62,188 nt of DNA, filler included, from Choristocarpus tenellus KU-1152 (GCA_964200185.2; 12 parts of 12 records of this genome joined end to end with filler, not necessarily neighbours in it); one strand, 5' to 3'. Counted from the first letter of the whole stretch, positions 11,701 through 26,216 are shown. Notes: generated by a model not told the origin, from the letters alone. Numbers and translations are program-made.

Positions 11701-14700
11701 AAGACAGGATAAGCGCTCAATTTCAATAGCTTATATCTCCAAATTTAGCGTTACTATTACTACCGCTATTACCCTCACCCTCACCCTCACATTCACATTC
11801 ATACACACACAGGGGCTGTCAAGTCATAAACATGCAACTGGTATTGGGGGCATCTACCTCTCCAGGACCTAGGCCATCCTCTCGTGCATCCATCTCAAAA
11901 TCCTCTAGCTGCCTCACACAATAAAGGATCACTTCCTGCACCACAGGCCTTGAGAAGGGTATCATGGATGTAGGGTGTGTAAGTGCTGCGAGTGTGGCTG
12001 TGAGTGTGAGTATGATGGTTCAGTGGATAAAGAAAGAAGAAAAAGATAATACCACATAACACATAACACGTAACACATACCGCATACCACATAACATACA
12101 CTATGCAACATATAACACATAACACTTAACAATAGCACATAACACATACCACATCAGTTGACAACACTAGAGGCATATTTTGTTTGTACTTTGTGTTTTA
12201 TTTGGTTGAAGCAGAGGTCAAGGACTGGGAATTGACACCACAGCTTCTTATTGGAAGGGTGTGCTACTTTACCCCTAAACGCATCCCTTAGATTGATCCA
12301 TGTTTCTATTTTATCAGTTCACCAAAGTATCACCAAAGTATCCATGACATGGACACAACAAAGAAGACAAGACTAACCCTAACCCTAATACTAGTACTAA
12401 TACCAGCACATCACCAATATACTAATCCTACTACTAATAATACTAATACTTAATAAGGATAATGATAACAACAATAGTAGTAGTAATAGTCGTAGTAGTA
12501 GTAGTAGTCCCATGATGTAAAGTAGAAAGATGTGTAACTGTAACTGAGGTCGGCAACCCAAACTGAAAACACTTTGTAGCACATTGGAAAACCCACCTCA
12601 CCCCCAGCATTAAAATAAATGACAAAATATGTTACCCAATCAGCTACCCCCACCTCTACAAATCCTGTATTTCATGGCAAGGAAGTGAGGATTGACAATT
12701 CACAAGCAATCTTTTTCGCATCACATGTAGTCATACAGGCATGCGCACACCTACTACCATGCCTTACCTAAAAGTGGGAGAGTATCATTACTTCAATACA
12801 CATCACATTCCACCTATCATATCACACTATACACTCATCTACTCTATCCCTCTGAAAGTACCTCAACCTGACCCCTATCAACCCACTTGCTCAAACGCTA
12901 CAATTCCTCTCCACTCACCATTCCTCCCCCAGAGGCAATCTCTTCACCACTGCCATAACCCTTGCACGGTGAGTCTCCAATGCCCATGCCAGTTTACTCC
13001 CCTCGTCCTCACTCCCACCCAAACCACTCTTTGCCAGTGCTGCTGTTGAAGGGCCATGGGGCGCTACAGCTCTCGATACCTCTCCTCTGGAGCGACTGTG
13101 GCTCTCATTACCATTCCCAAATTTGTGGTCTACTCCAGAGTCGCTACTGCCACCCTCTCTGGGTTTAGGTCGAGATCCCACCAAATTCTGTAGGAACTCC
13201 ACATAAACCTTTCGCACACTGAGATGTTTGTATGCCGCAGATACCTGTAAAGCATCATCCAGGGCAGATGGACAATGAACCCTGGCCAGAATGTACCTGT
13301 GCACAGTTCATGGTACGGAATAGACATGGAAATGGTGGGAAACTAGGTGGACCATTGTGGCCTTGGAGGAAGGTTGATCTTTGTATGTTGTGAGTGAAAT
13401 ATTTCGCAAATAGGGGGGGGCAACAGGGGCAACAGGGGATATGTAACATACTTCATATTCATATCTCTCCACAGACCTGGAGCTGCAAAGCCTGCTTAGG
13501 GCAACAAACTAGAGGAGGTGGAGAATGATCACATCAAGGTAACAAATGAGCCACTATTGAACTCACCTGAGGAGACGAGTTGCATGTGTTGGGTCTATAA
13601 GCCTGAAGCCGGTGGCATGGTGACGCTGGACAATCTTAGATAGCCTTAAAATCCTCGCAGATTCCTGCAACTCCTCCTCTAGAGGCCCACCCCATCCCAG
13701 GGCCTCCTGAGTACATGGTGATAGCATCCAGTCAAAGGGTTATTCAGGGTTAGGGTTAGGACGAGGGCTTGATTTAATGTAACGAGTTTACTGTTTCCAT
13801 TACAGGAACAGTTTGTAGACACCAAGGAAGGATATGAAACAATTTGAGAGAGCAAGAGGGCGCTACACTATTTCTACAAAGGGGAGGAGGAAGGAGACTT
13901 TCGAAATCGGCTGCCAACATTTGACGCTAATCATAATTTATTGATCATGCTGTATTGCACATGGGTCACACACACACACACACACCTCCTATGGAGTGAG
14001 GACAATTGACCACATACACTGCCACTTACGAGTCTCTTTCAACCATTAGCATCGGGGTCTGTACATACATGCCAATCACAACAACAAAAATACTAAGAAA
14101 AATTGTCTTGTTCACTTACTTCCTTCGAAGTGTCACAGCCAAAGATGCACAACTTACAACCTAACCCTACGGCACCTAACCCTAACCCCAACAACAGTGC
14201 AATATAGGCTGGTAGTCAATAGGTTCTTATGCGTTTGATACCCAGTAGCATACCCAGTAGCATGTAACAGAAATGTTGACTGAGTGGATTAAGTGTCAAT
14301 GACTTGTTTCCGTACACTTAAAGTAATAGGGTTTGAATCTCGATGGGTTTACTTTTTATTTCTGCTTAATATAAGTAGCTGACGCAGGACGACTGACTCA
14401 GCTTCGACTGATGCAGAACGAGTGAAGTAGTGCTACTGACACAGACATGTTCTGACGTGTCTGCTGATGTGCACAATAGATAACGAGGCAGAGCACCCCC
14501 CCACAATAGATAACGAGGGATGATGCTCACTCTATTAGAGTATTCAAATAAATACATCCATATCACACAAAGCAAAAAAACTCTATCAGAGTAGCTCTCT
14601 TTCGCACAACAACTCCCCCCAAACAGTGTACCCAACTCAGCAACAAAAAACTCCCAGAATCTTCATGTACTCCCCATCCGCCACTCTGACCCTAAGCCTA

Positions 14701-15213
14701 ACCTTGTGACGCCTTTAAAGTCTACCTAAGCTAGGCTCTGACACCAAACATTTCTGGCAAGGGCTACAATCCCATTGCTCTCTTGATCATGTCTTGGTAA
14801 TCTCTTGCCTGGTTGAGAAAATTATCAACAAGGTGAACTCTTCACACTCAAAGAGGAAAAAGATCCTTGATTGTGCTCTTGAAAAAGGCAGGTGTATTGC
14901 CTAGACCCTAACTTCATCCCTGCTCAACCCTCACCTCTTCCCCATGACATAACATAACATAACATAACATAACATCCATTGTGTATCACAACTAACCTGA
15001 ACTAGTTCCCACAGCCCCTCTGAGTAGGGGAATGATGCCGCATTAGCCAGGGCCAGCACAGCTTTTGATCGGAGCTCCGAGTGCCCTCCCAACCCTGCTG
15101 ACATGCTTCTTGCAGTAGATGCAGCACGCAACTCTGTTGTCAACCCTCCCACCATACCACTACTCACCCCACTGCCGCCTCCCCCCCCCCCCCCCCCCTC
15201 ACCCCACCCCCCC
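8779..15213 (-). CDS. KNTC1: Kinetochore-associated protein 1 / Rough deal (RZZ subunit), internal part; exons >15213-14997, 13706-13567, 13296-12919, 11948-11858, 11173-10953, 10606-~10400, ~9631-9506, 8970-8779
   Basis: Spliced peptide AVLALANAASFPYSEGLWELVQ-EALG..EELQESARILRLSKIVQRH..TRLLRYILARVHCPSALDDALQVSAAY..ALQTEFGVF..RARRLADLLGV..AARRGMVVEAVSLC follows the ROD mid-region as I recall it (VPWS..LV, LQES, RYIL..SLEDALKV, LQE.F.VF). Phases fit except one unresolved junction. Confidence 0.8.
9740..9939. repeat. 30-bp intronic minisatellite (ACGGGATTGTGTGACA[G/A]TATTGTAACTGTA), ~6 copies; alternating G/A gives a 60-bp higher-order unit
   Basis: Units at 9751, 9781, 9811, 9841, 9871, 9901. 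Confidence 0.95.
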
Positions 15214-16190
15214 NNNNNNNNNNNNNNNNNNNNNNNNNNNNNNNNNNNNNNNNNNNNTTAATTAATTAANNNNNNNNNNNNNNNNNNNNNNNNNNNNNNN
15301 NNNNNNNNNNNNNGGGAGAAGGGGGGGGTATGCAGCCAACTTTTGTTTCCTCTTCTGTTTTGGGGGGCAATGTAAACATGTGAAGGTGTACGTTGTGTTT
15401 ATTTTAGTTTATGTTGAAAATAGTATGTGTTACAGTTACATTTTTTTACCTATTCTTTCCATCATACTTACCTCATTCTGTCCTACCAGTGCAGTGGTTG
15501 GAATAGCTAGCTCGCTCTTGATACGATATTGATACCATGTAACTATGTGCTGTGGCACTGTTTTCTTGGTCAGTGTATGCTTTAAAGAGAGATATCTGTT
15601 TTTCACTAATTTTAATTAAATTGCTATCACTATTTACTTTATATTTTCTGTTGTACAAAAGTGTTCTGTGATTATTGAACACGTTTCATCGAGAATATAA
15701 TTCCAAGAACAATAATAATAATAACAAAATTGTGTGTGTGTGTGTGTGTGTGTTTTTAGCCTTAACGTTTTCGATGAAGAGTCGATTCGTTTGATGATAT
15801 ATCATTGTACAATCAAACAACGGAAATTGTGTGATGGAACAAAAAATATATATTGGTGAGTCAAAACTGTTTTATTTTATTTTATTTTATTTTTTTGTGC
15901 ATTTGTGTTCTGCGCACGCATTGTTCAGATTCAGAGGGGGGGATACAAATTTCTATTAACAGACTCCGCGCCCGTGAGCTATCAGCTAATTAAAAAAATA
16001 TATATGGAGAGACAAGAAAGGGTACATACACATCCCTGACCTTGTCTCTCTCTCTGTGTCGAAGTCTCATTTGAAGTTGAGTTGTTGGTTACCCAGGTGG
16101 TGAAAAGTGTTTTTTGAGAAAAGTGTTTCTTGTGAAAAGAAGGGTGGTTAGTTAGTAAGAACTCATTCTTGGTCGCTTGTTGCATGACAG

Positions 16191-17349
16191 GCAAAAAAGA
16201 GATGGGAGGTGGAGATGAGGGATAGAGGGCTTTCCAAGGATGAGGCGTTCATGGTGGATACGGCGGCGGCAGCGGAGATTGGTCTGAGGCATGCTAAGAA
16301 AAAGGAGAAGCACAAGGCTGCGTTTGGTGAGGATAGGATAGGATAGGCATTCTGTCTGTGTCCTTATATGTGTGTGTTTGATGTTTTTGGGGTGTTTGAA
16401 GGTACTTACATTTTGGTGAAGGATTGTCCATTGAGTTGATTGATTGTCTTTGCCTTTGGTTTTCCAGTTGAGTGGCGTTTTGGAAAGTGTGTGTGTGTGT
16501 ATGCGTGCTCAATTAACGACAGGTTTATGAACTTGAAAATTGGATGTGATGCACTACAAAGAGTGGTTAATAATATGTGTTTGTAATATGTACAGTATTA
16601 GAGTGTATTAGAATGTTTGTATTAGAGTGTTTGTATTAGAATATTTGTATCAGAGTGTTTGTATTAGAATATTTGTATTAGAATGTTTGTATTAGAGTGT
16701 TTGTATTAGAATGTTTGTAATATGTACAGTATTAGAATATTTGTATTAGAATGTTTGTATTAGAATCGATCACTGGTATCGGGCTCTTTTGAAGGAATGG
16801 CCATTGGGGAAACGTTTGGCACTGGAAAAATTATAAAATGTTTTGAACCAATAGAAATATATCGCGATTTAGATTTTCTTTAGCAGATTTTCGGGGTAAC
16901 TTCTTCAAGTTCTCTCTTGATCTCGACCCAGTAAAAAAAAAAAAAATCCTCGAGATCCTTTGGAATCAACTTGACACTGAGGAGTGTAAGGTGCCTCTAT
17001 ATATATATAGCCTTGCTCATATATCTTTGAAGATGTAAGAAGTCAATATTAATAGACCATTCTTACCATTATAGTAGTAGCAGTAGTAGTATCACTACTG
17101 GATTGAGCTTAGTGTGTTATTATTGTCTTCCCGCCGAATGTGCTTTGGCTTCTTTTCACTCCACGATGCATCCATCCCCCATGAACAAAACGATGGTAAA
17201 ATCCGTCACTTTGAACTCCTGGAAGGGTGGAATGTGTTCAACCAGGATGCATTGTTCAAGGGATACAAGAAGCGTCTTGAGCAGCTGCCAAAAGGGAAGG
17301 GGGCAACCGCCGGGGTGCCCTTGGAAGAGGTCAGTGCTCTTAATAATAA

Positions 17350-17394
<45 letters not shown>

Positions 17395-20060
17395 CCTCCC
17401 ATGTATGTGGAGAAGCTGTACAATCAGGTGAGGGTTGATTATATGATGGATGTGTGTGTTTTGTACTGGATTTTGTAGAGGTCTTTGCGTGTGTGTGTCT
17501 GTGTCTGTGTAGCATCGTTGAGAAAAATGACAATAATAATAATAATAATAATAATATTTAGGATGGTCATTAACGGTGGGGAGGGAAAAAAAAGTGGTAG
17601 CGTATGTAGAATTTTTGCTTTTTTTTTTTACACTCGGTGCTGTACATGTTAGAACCGTTTTCATTGATGAGCGGTTACATTATGTATGTTGTGTTTTTTT
17701 GTTGTTTGACAAATAGAAACTTTTTTTTGTTTTAGTTTTATTTTAGTGCCTTTGAAAAGTAGGAAATTGTGTATATAAAAAAAGTAGTGAGAAGAGTTGG
17801 TGATTACCCTTTGGGACAGTAGATTAGAATGAGGTGAGGGTGGGGGGGGTGTTGGTGGTGTATGATTCTGTTGAATTTTTTTGTCTTCTTTTATTGGTGC
17901 ACTGGAGATGCTTCATTCTTCTTTCTCACCCAGTAGGCGTGTGGACACGTATCAGTTCATTTTATTTATGCATCTTGAGTATCCTAGGTGTGGATAGAAT
18001 CTCAAACAAACACCATCTGACATTCCTACTCCCCCCCCCCCCCGGGTGAAATGATATGTTGTTCTCTTCCGTTGTGTGTCTGAAGGACCCTGCATTATAT
18101 GGTTCTGTGGATGATGCAAGTCCTGCAGGGGTAGAACGTCTTGTGGATGAGCTTCTACACAAGGTATATATGCATGTACATATATATATATATATAAAGT
18201 GTTTATAGTATTTGTAGAAAGGTAGGTACCGGACAGGTTTTTGTAAAGCCAGGCAAGGCTTTTTGAAGCTTGGGTGGGCAGGTTGTCTCATTCTTATTCC
18301 TCTGAGCTTATTGCTCTTTTTATTATGCTTATTCTTACTTTCTTAGTGTAGTGGCAATGCAATTGGGTCTGCTTATGAGAATCATGCAATGATAGCGGGG
18401 AGGTTTTTTTTCTGTATGGCAGACTGGCTATCTCTATCTCTCTCTGTCTCTGTCTCTGTCCTCCTTGGGCTATGTATTGTCGATGCTGGTTAGAGTTCAT
18501 ACATTCCAGGAAGGCTTTTGTTGCATGAGGTAGTGCACTCTGGCACTCCAAAAAGGGATCGTGCTTGTGAGCAGGAAGTAGTAATATATATATATATATA
18601 TATATATTCTTTCTTCAAACTGTTGGCCTCCAGATTTTGAGGACGAATCAGATATTCCCCCGACAACCAGAGATGATGAGGTCAATAGTTGAGTATGACA
18701 TTTTGAGGTATACCTCGAAGTCGGTGTATACTCAATACTTCATTATTATCATTGGTATTTTTTTACAGTTGTATTTTTCTGATGACTCCATCGATTGTAT
18801 AATTACTTCCCCAGTATGTGAAGTTTTTTTCTTTCCCTTCCCCTGATTTGCATTAGTTGGAAACGGAAAAAAAAATAGTTGAACTTGCTGTGTATCATTT
18901 CTTTTCATAGTCAGTATGTATTACATCAGCAACAGGTTAATATTTAAGTTTTAAGTAAGTTCCTGTGTTCAGGGTTGGCGTCGATTTTGTCAAACGTTTT
19001 TGAGATGTCGCCAGTGTATAGGTCGTCGCGAGCGATTCCAGGACTACAGTTTTCGGGGGCCCAGGTGCAGTGCTTTTCAGCAATGTAGTTGTGAGCTGAA
19101 ACAGATAATGCACTTTCCAAGTGTTCATGTTGGGAACAGTCGACGGTTGAAACAGGACTGGCAAGGCGTTTTTCCCACTGTTCATGGGTACATAGAGCAT
19201 TTTGTTGAGCGCAATATTTCCGTCTTGAGTGTGTGGTAACTGCTTAGTGAGAGATTGAAGGTTACCACTCAAGAGTACTGTGTGAAATCTTAAATGGGTA
19301 AAATTTGATTAGGAACAATAAGACTTCTTTCGAGTATATCATATATATGTCAAGTGACAGACTTTTTGTGCGGAAGAGGGTATCAGAGATTGATGCTCTC
19401 CCCATGTGAATATGTGTGTGTGTGTATGTGAGTGCATACTAGCAGCAGCTGGTTTCAGAGAATCTGTGCAAAATATTCACTTTGTACTGATCTTATTTTT
19501 ATCTTATTACATCCTGGGGTGCATCTTTAAAGCATGAGAAGATAGGATATGTTTGCATCGAGGGTTTTTTTTTAACACGGGTGCTATTTAAAAAAAGAGA
19601 GTGGCCTCTCTTCTATTGCGCTAACAATGTGGTGCTGCATATGAACGGAATCGAAATTTCATCTTGATAATATCAATTTGGTTTAAGACCATTGCCGTCA
19701 GATGTGGATTGAATTTGTTTTTTTAGTGCTGAGTGAGAGACAGTGCCATCCAAAAGGTGGATTGTGTTATGATTGGTCCGAACTTACCGTCGCCGAGTCC
19801 GTCTGTATCTTCTTTTTTTTTCATTTGAGAAAAAAAAAAACTGAAGTACCCACTCTTGTGTGTGCATTTTGTGTGTGTGACGTGGTTACTGTAGTAGTAG
19901 TAGTAGTAGTAGTAGTAGTATTTCCAAAGTGTGATATTTTGTTGTGTGATTCTAACAAGAATGTTGTTGATGTCAACAACCTTCAGGAGGAACGTAAGAA
20001 GGCCTTCAGCAGGAGACGCTTGGAGCACGAAGGGGCTGACATCGACTACATCAATGACAG
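16191..20060 (+). CDS. SYF2: Pre-mRNA splicing factor SYF2, partial; exons 16191-16326, 17226-17329, 18086-18163, 19987-20060
   Basis: Phase-compatible exons give ...KAAFGWNVFNQDALFKGYKKR...GVERLVDELLHKEERKKAFSRRRLEHEGADIDYINDR, the SYF2 signature (FGW..FNQ, FSRRR, DIDYIN.R). Confidence 0.93.
16595..16766. repeat. 14-bp intronic tandem repeat (GTATTAGAATGTTT-like), ~11 degenerate copies
   Basis: Read directly. Confidence 0.9.
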
Positions 20061-20562
20061 GTTGGTAACTTACATCAATGATATCGGTAACGGTGTGCTG
20101 GCGTTGGTGACTTTGAGGATGTGGGACAAGTACTTCAGTGTCCACTCCTGGGGTGTGTATGATGGTGGTCTGCGCTTGGTGTGTATTCCATTATTGGGTA
20201 TCACCATATGTTGTTTAACTTTTGTGGTGTGACAATCCTTATCTTGTACTCACAAAAAATTAATAAATAAATAAAAATGGGCTCTTTTGGTGTAGATCGG
20301 GGGGGTTTCTGTTCAAGACACTAGTAGTGTTTTTATACATACTACGACTGAATTTGTGGTATGTTGCAGAGTGGCGGGGAGGGGGGGGGGGGGGGGGGGG
20401 TTTTTGGTGGGCATTGGGGTGAGATGTGGGGCAAACAGAGGGGTCTTGTTTTGTGTGTTTTTNNNNNNNNNNNNNNNNNNNNNNNNNNNNNNNNNNNNNN
20501 NNNNNNTTAATTAATTAANNNNNNNNNNNNNNNNNNNNNNNNNNNNNNNNNNNNNNNNNNNN

Positions 20563-20632
20563 GTACCACGGTATAACGGTATATGGCATACGAGCAATAC
20601 GGTATAATAACAGACAAACATGCTTTCCACAA
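20563..20632. repeat. End of a dispersed repeat, second copy at 24947-25014; both at contig starts
   Basis: ACCACGGTATAACGGTATATGGCATACG...ACGGTATAATAACAGA.AAACATGCTTTCCACAA occurs twice. Confidence 0.9.
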
Positions 20633-21483
20633 TCCTCAATTTTTAAAATCCACTGTTATTGATTGTTTTTTATACTGGATATCCATTCTTCAATGACTTC
20701 TTTTTTTTCAAGAATGATGATATTCGACATTTATTTGTAATTGGATGAAATCCAAAAACCATCTTAGTGCAGGAAGTTGATTGAAGAAGGTTTATTTGTT
20801 AAGTATGAGGTTGAACAGAAGAAAATATATTGGTTAATTATTGTAGTAGAGAAGAAGGGAGAAGGAAAATAAGGAACGAGGCAAGAGTAGTAAAGTATCT
20901 ATCACGAGTTGAAATCGCAATGTTTTGTTTATGAGTGTGACAGAGTAGTATATACTATTTAGTGTACAAAGACATTTTGGAGATACACCTGAGATGTTGA
21001 GATTTGTGGTGGGGTGTTTGGTGGAAGGGTTGGAGAAGAAAAGAAGCAACACATGAATAAGGAAAATACAGTGGAGAATACAATAAACAATAGATAGTAT
21101 TGGATATGACATATACCCTAGACATTACTACTATTATTGTATGTTTATATAAGTACTATTGTTGACCTGATATCATTCGGTATCGTATGAATTACCCATC
21201 TACAGACCCATAGATGCAGCGTCAACTGAGCAGTTCAGGAGTAACACATACTACGACTAAGATACACTATCATACATTGACAGTTATACCTAAGGGTACA
21301 GCGAAAGGGAGGGTGAGATGAAGGCACTTACCATCGCTGCATTGCTCCAGATAGCAGGAGCATGGAATCCACAGTTTCCGCGACCAACGCAGTAGGTCTT
21401 CCCTCACTGTAGTTTCTAGCGTAGCTTTTAGAGGAAGGATCACAAGTGTTCAGGTTCCCAGGTTGCTCAGTACCTCAATCTTT

Positions 21484-23511
21484 TGACGTCCTCGTAGTTG
21501 ATGCTGGAGTCTTAGAAAATTTGGGTTCCTGCTGACACAGCTGACCTGCAATTGCTCCCATGAGAGCCCTCTTGACATGGGTCGTGTCTATACTCTCGTG
21601 TCTATACTCTCGTGTCTATACATCACCACGACTGAAACACCGCCTTCCGCTTCACTCAAAGAGTGAACTACCTATATGCTGTCCGTGCGATGTCAGCACT
21701 CTCCAGGAAAATGGTGTGGCAAAGGGAAAGCGACTCGGTATAAGTAGGGTTAATGGTCTGTTGCTTTTCTGAGGTGTTTTGATGTTGATTTCCGGGCTCT
21801 CTTTTGAGGCTGGCATGGAATAAGTATGTGAAGTCTCTCGTGTGGGAAGATTATACGTCACATCACTAGAGACGCATTTACTTCTTGAGTTTTCGAGTTG
21901 GTTTCTTCGCCGCTGCTCAGTTCAGCAGATAAAGTACCCTCACAACCCTAACAGCTTGGTTTCGTACCGGTCCCCATCCTTCCCGAACGGGATGTGCGAG
22001 CAAACTACCACACATAACTAATGGAGGCCTTTGGAATATCATTTGACATATTTCTTGTTGGCCCTAGGCAGCAATCAGTATTATTTACTGCCTTCTGAGC
22101 TATAATACCTCGTTTGGCGCGTAGTAGTGACCAGGACAAGGTACTAAGGTAACGCTCCAAATAAGAAAGTTTCCATCTGCCCGTCTTTTCGCATCTGCAC
22201 ATTGACCCCCTTTTCCTCGTCCTCCTTGAACCAGTAGCATATATCCACAAGCCTTCGCACGGGATACATGGCGCGGCCAAGCCGGCTGGGATTGTCGCAA
22301 TCATGATGCTGCGGGTTGTCGTGTCTTTAGGCATACGATTCCCAGGGCAATGGATGTAGCATTCCTTCCTCGTCTGCACCTCTCTGCATGGCCAAGAGGG
22401 CAGGTGAGAGGTGGTGATATGCTACTCACTTGCCCCAACCACTGTGGGCCTGGGAAAGTGATGATGGTTTGACTCGTTGTGGTCATAGTACCCCTTCACC
22501 TGTTCTTATTGTCCCTTTAGATAAGTAGTACAAGCAATTCCTCACTTTGCTTATCTTCCTTCTTGTCTTTGTGAAGCCCCCATTGGTGCCTTGTTTTGCA
22601 TTTGGTCTCACATTCTTTGGGAGGGAAATTTTGTTGTTCTTTCTCTCTCTCTCTCTTGCTGTCTGCCTCATACATGTATCCACATTTCCCTGAAGTATTA
22701 CATATTCTGTCAATACGCCCCGGTCCTATTCCCCAAAGAAGTATGTTCATCTACATTCCAGCATTGTAACACCCCCCCCACAGCATATATCCATCTGTCA
22801 GCACAAACTTCCAATTACACTTAGTCACCCTTCTTCCCCTTCTTGCTCTAGACATCATACTTCCAATCAGATTGCAAAACCTAAACTTAGCACATCCTTT
22901 TGCACTAAGATACAAACGAAACATAGGTTTCAGGGGTTGTTGCCGAGAGCAGATCCATAGAGACAGCAAAATCTGCCCATGGTTGATAGCTCCCCCTCAA
23001 CCACATAGTAGAAAATCAGTTGGGTTAACTATGCACAGGAAGGACAATAAAGGCACATCCTTTCCAGGTAAAGCATGTCCCAGCTCTGCTGAGTCATTAC
23101 TCTGTTTTGTCCTCTTGTACCATATCAGAATACTTTTTCCAGCATTGCTCCGTTAACCCCATTCCTTTGATGGCACCCTTCCACCCCAACACCCCACAAG
23201 ACAACCTTCTGTTTAAACCCTCAAATATCAAATAAATAAGAAACTGCACTTGAAAGGGCTTTTGCGTAGCTGCAAGTCCCAAAGAAGTTTCTCAAAACTG
23301 TCTTGTGTTTTGGGACAGGCCTCCCCCTCTCTCTCACACTCTCTTCCTCTCTCCCACGTGAAGCCCAGTATCACCCAACCCCCTCTTGTTGTCTTGACTA
23401 GAGAAGTGGTTCTTCCATGAAGTTCAAAGAAGCATCAGTCATAACATCATACAGTAGAGTAACCATTGCCGCTGCTGAGCCAATCCTCGCCACAAACAGA
23501 ACAGATATACC
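21484..23511 (-). CDS. Possible multi-exon hypothetical gene, unresolved
   Basis: Several minus-strand AG/GT-bounded open segments (about 22500-22589, 21680-21918, 21484-21545); no recognisable motif. Confidence 0.25.
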
Positions 23512-23731
23512 CTGAATTGTCAAAATACCTCACGCGCCCCTACATCCTCTTATGTAATTGGAGTGGACTGAGAACAGATACACCCTGAACTATCCAGGCT
23601 GGTCCGTAGTGTGTACGATTTCTCTTCCCTCCTTTGCTTTTGTCCCTGAAACAAAACAAAAATATACATATATCCATGAAACAGACACCCTGCAACCAAC
23701 AGAACCTCACCCTCTTTCTTTTCCCCCCTCC

Positions 23732-23794
23732 CATCCTACATCCTACATCCTACAACCTACATCCTACATCCTACATCCTACATCCTACAACCTA
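23732..23794. repeat. 7-bp tandem repeat (CATCCTA)n, ~9 copies
   Basis: Read directly. Confidence 0.9.
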
Positions 23795-25280
23795 CCGTCC
23801 ATCCCCCCTCGCACTCACGCCCTTTCCCCACAGGAGGACCACGGACAGACACAGAAAGTCAACAAGAGGGGTGCACAAACAGAAAATCAACATGATCGCC
23901 TTGTGAGCACTGTTGTTGCCATGGGCATGAAGAGAAGGTGGCGGCGAGGTGGTGATGACAATGTCGATACTGGTGATGCCGAGGCAAGAAACAAACACAC
24001 ACACACACACACACACACATACATACATACACATACACAATGTTGTAGCAATGTTATGTAGAGGATGGTGTGTGTCTGAACTGCCGGGGAGAAAGTAGAG
24101 AACTCCGACACAATGAAGTGTCTTCCTCTTTGCACCGGCCTGGAACAAATGTGTTGGCACTGAGTACTTGAAAGCAGGGCCTACTGTCTCGTGGCTCATG
24201 TCACTAGAGTAGTCAATTCACTACAGTCACTCACTTTTTTTTTACATGTGGAATTAGGGTTAGGGTTAGGTATTGGCGTGGGGGTTGGTCAGGTACATGG
24301 TTGAGGTGGCCACAGCTTTTGTGAGGGAGTACCTCTAGAGTAGTAGTGGTTGTATTGTATTTAGTTTGTTTGTAACTGCAATTGCAATTGTTTTCCCAGA
24401 GCATTTACTGTTGGGTGAAGATCCCATTTTCCTGTTCAGGCAGTTAGTTGGACTTCAGTTGTAGGCTTAGAGTTAGCCCTGTTTCTAACAGCAATAATTT
24501 CATGCCAAAAAAATCCAAACTTGTTTTTTTTTCCAGTATTTTAAGTCTGTTCCTATCCTGTTCCTGTGGAAAATCGGAATTTTGGAAATTTTCAGTAGTA
24601 TTAGTAAGTTGGCTTTGAGGAAAGACAAAATCGTAGAAGATCGTGCCCCCTGCTTTCTCCATGATAAGGCGTGTTGCTTTCTCTCTCTCTCTCTCTCTCT
24701 CTGTTGTTTGTTATCATACGAGATGAGAATCCTAAGTGTATCCCAAATGTATGCTGCGTGCTGGTTTTTTAGTCCCCAATCCCAACTCTCAATAACGCCC
24801 CGCCCCCCCTGCCCCCCCTCCTCAACTCTTCGCCTTCCNNNNNNNNNNNNNNNNNNNNNNNNNNNNNNNNNNNNNNNNNNNNTTAATTAATTAANNNNNN
24901 NNNNNNNNNNNNNNNNNNNNNNNNNNNNNNNNNNNNNNTAATCGGCACCACGGTATAACGGTATATGGCATACGGCAATAACGGTATAATAACAGATAAA
25001 CATGCTTTCCACAAAACCACAATAAAAATTCCTTCAACTTGAACGTTTTTCACCCCTCAACTCCTACCTATCTCCTAATCTCTGACTTCGTTTCGTACCT
25101 GATTTAGTGACCTCTTGATCATGAACAACCCACTTCCATGTAAGTTAACCATTTTGGTTGTCATCATATTTACATACCTCTAGGCTACTACTCCTTGCTG
25201 GCAACCCAAAGCTGGACGGATGTGGTGCGGGAAATGGGTGACAGTACACTTGTTGCTACTGAGACCAGACTCCCTCACAG

Positions 25281-26216
25281 GTCACTCTTCGAGTCTAGCA
25301 CTTGTTTCTCACGCACAAGGACCTGATCGCGGCAGTGGAGCAACCAGGCGGTCAGCAGGGAGGGTGCGGACTATATTGATATATAGCAAGGAAATACACT
25401 TTTTTTTAGCTTCTCCAACAACATTGTCCACCTACTTCTGCCCTTACTATGCTCTTCTTCTCCTTCCTTGACTTACCTTTCTGCACTCTTTTGTTCACAC
25501 GCTTGTCCTAGGATCCCTCCTGCTTTCACTGGACACGCAAGCAGAAATTCCCAACGTTTCATGGGCCAGCAATCCTCGCCGTAGAAGTAGGTAAGGTGTT
25601 ATATGACAGCTTGAATTGCAAGTCCGTGCATGGTCCTGCTGAGTCTAGCCAGGATAAACTGAGAGAATCAACGCACCTTAAGCTTCGAAGACCTAGGGAG
25701 CCCCCGCACGACAACAGAGCAGTTGAAAGTCCTCCAAGAGAGGGGAAAGGAGGGCGGGAGGAAGAGGAGTTGGTCAGTAGTAACGGTGGTAGCGGAGATG
25801 GAGACCCTCCAACAATCAGGGTGCTCGAGTACCAATCCCAGGAGGACGGGCGCTTTGCATGTCTAGGTGAAGATCTATCCCTTTTTGGTTCCTTCCTCGA
25901 CGTGATGGAAGGAGGGGGGCAACGAGGACAGGCTGAGGAGAAGCTCGCCAGTAGTGAATTGCTCACGGAATCAACGGAAGGGCTGCATGGTATTGATAGT
26001 AGTGGGACGGGAAGGAATCGTTCTGAAGCAGGAGCAAGATCAGGAAGCGTCTGGACTCGGAATATAGTGTCTTTGGATGTTGATCTGAGTAATGATAGCA
26101 CGAAGAAGGACCTCCAAAGGCTTTGGAAAGCAGAGAGGTTACTTTCCCAGGATCGGGATGCGGCAAACAAAATGTGGGATAGCAATGTGAGAAGGGGGCA
26201 TAGGATAGGGGAGTAG
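25281..26216 (+). CDS. 3' end of a hypothetical protein; exons 25281-25363 and 25512-26216
   Basis: Phase-compatible junction (..RSAGR|DPSCFHW..) into a 705-nt open frame rich in G/E/S/R; no domain recognised. Confidence 0.5.

Noticed and set aside
17103-17664. Poly-V/S/T/L/Y ORFs
   Set aside because: Translations of (GTA)n and (AAT)n microsatellites in a SYF2 intron.
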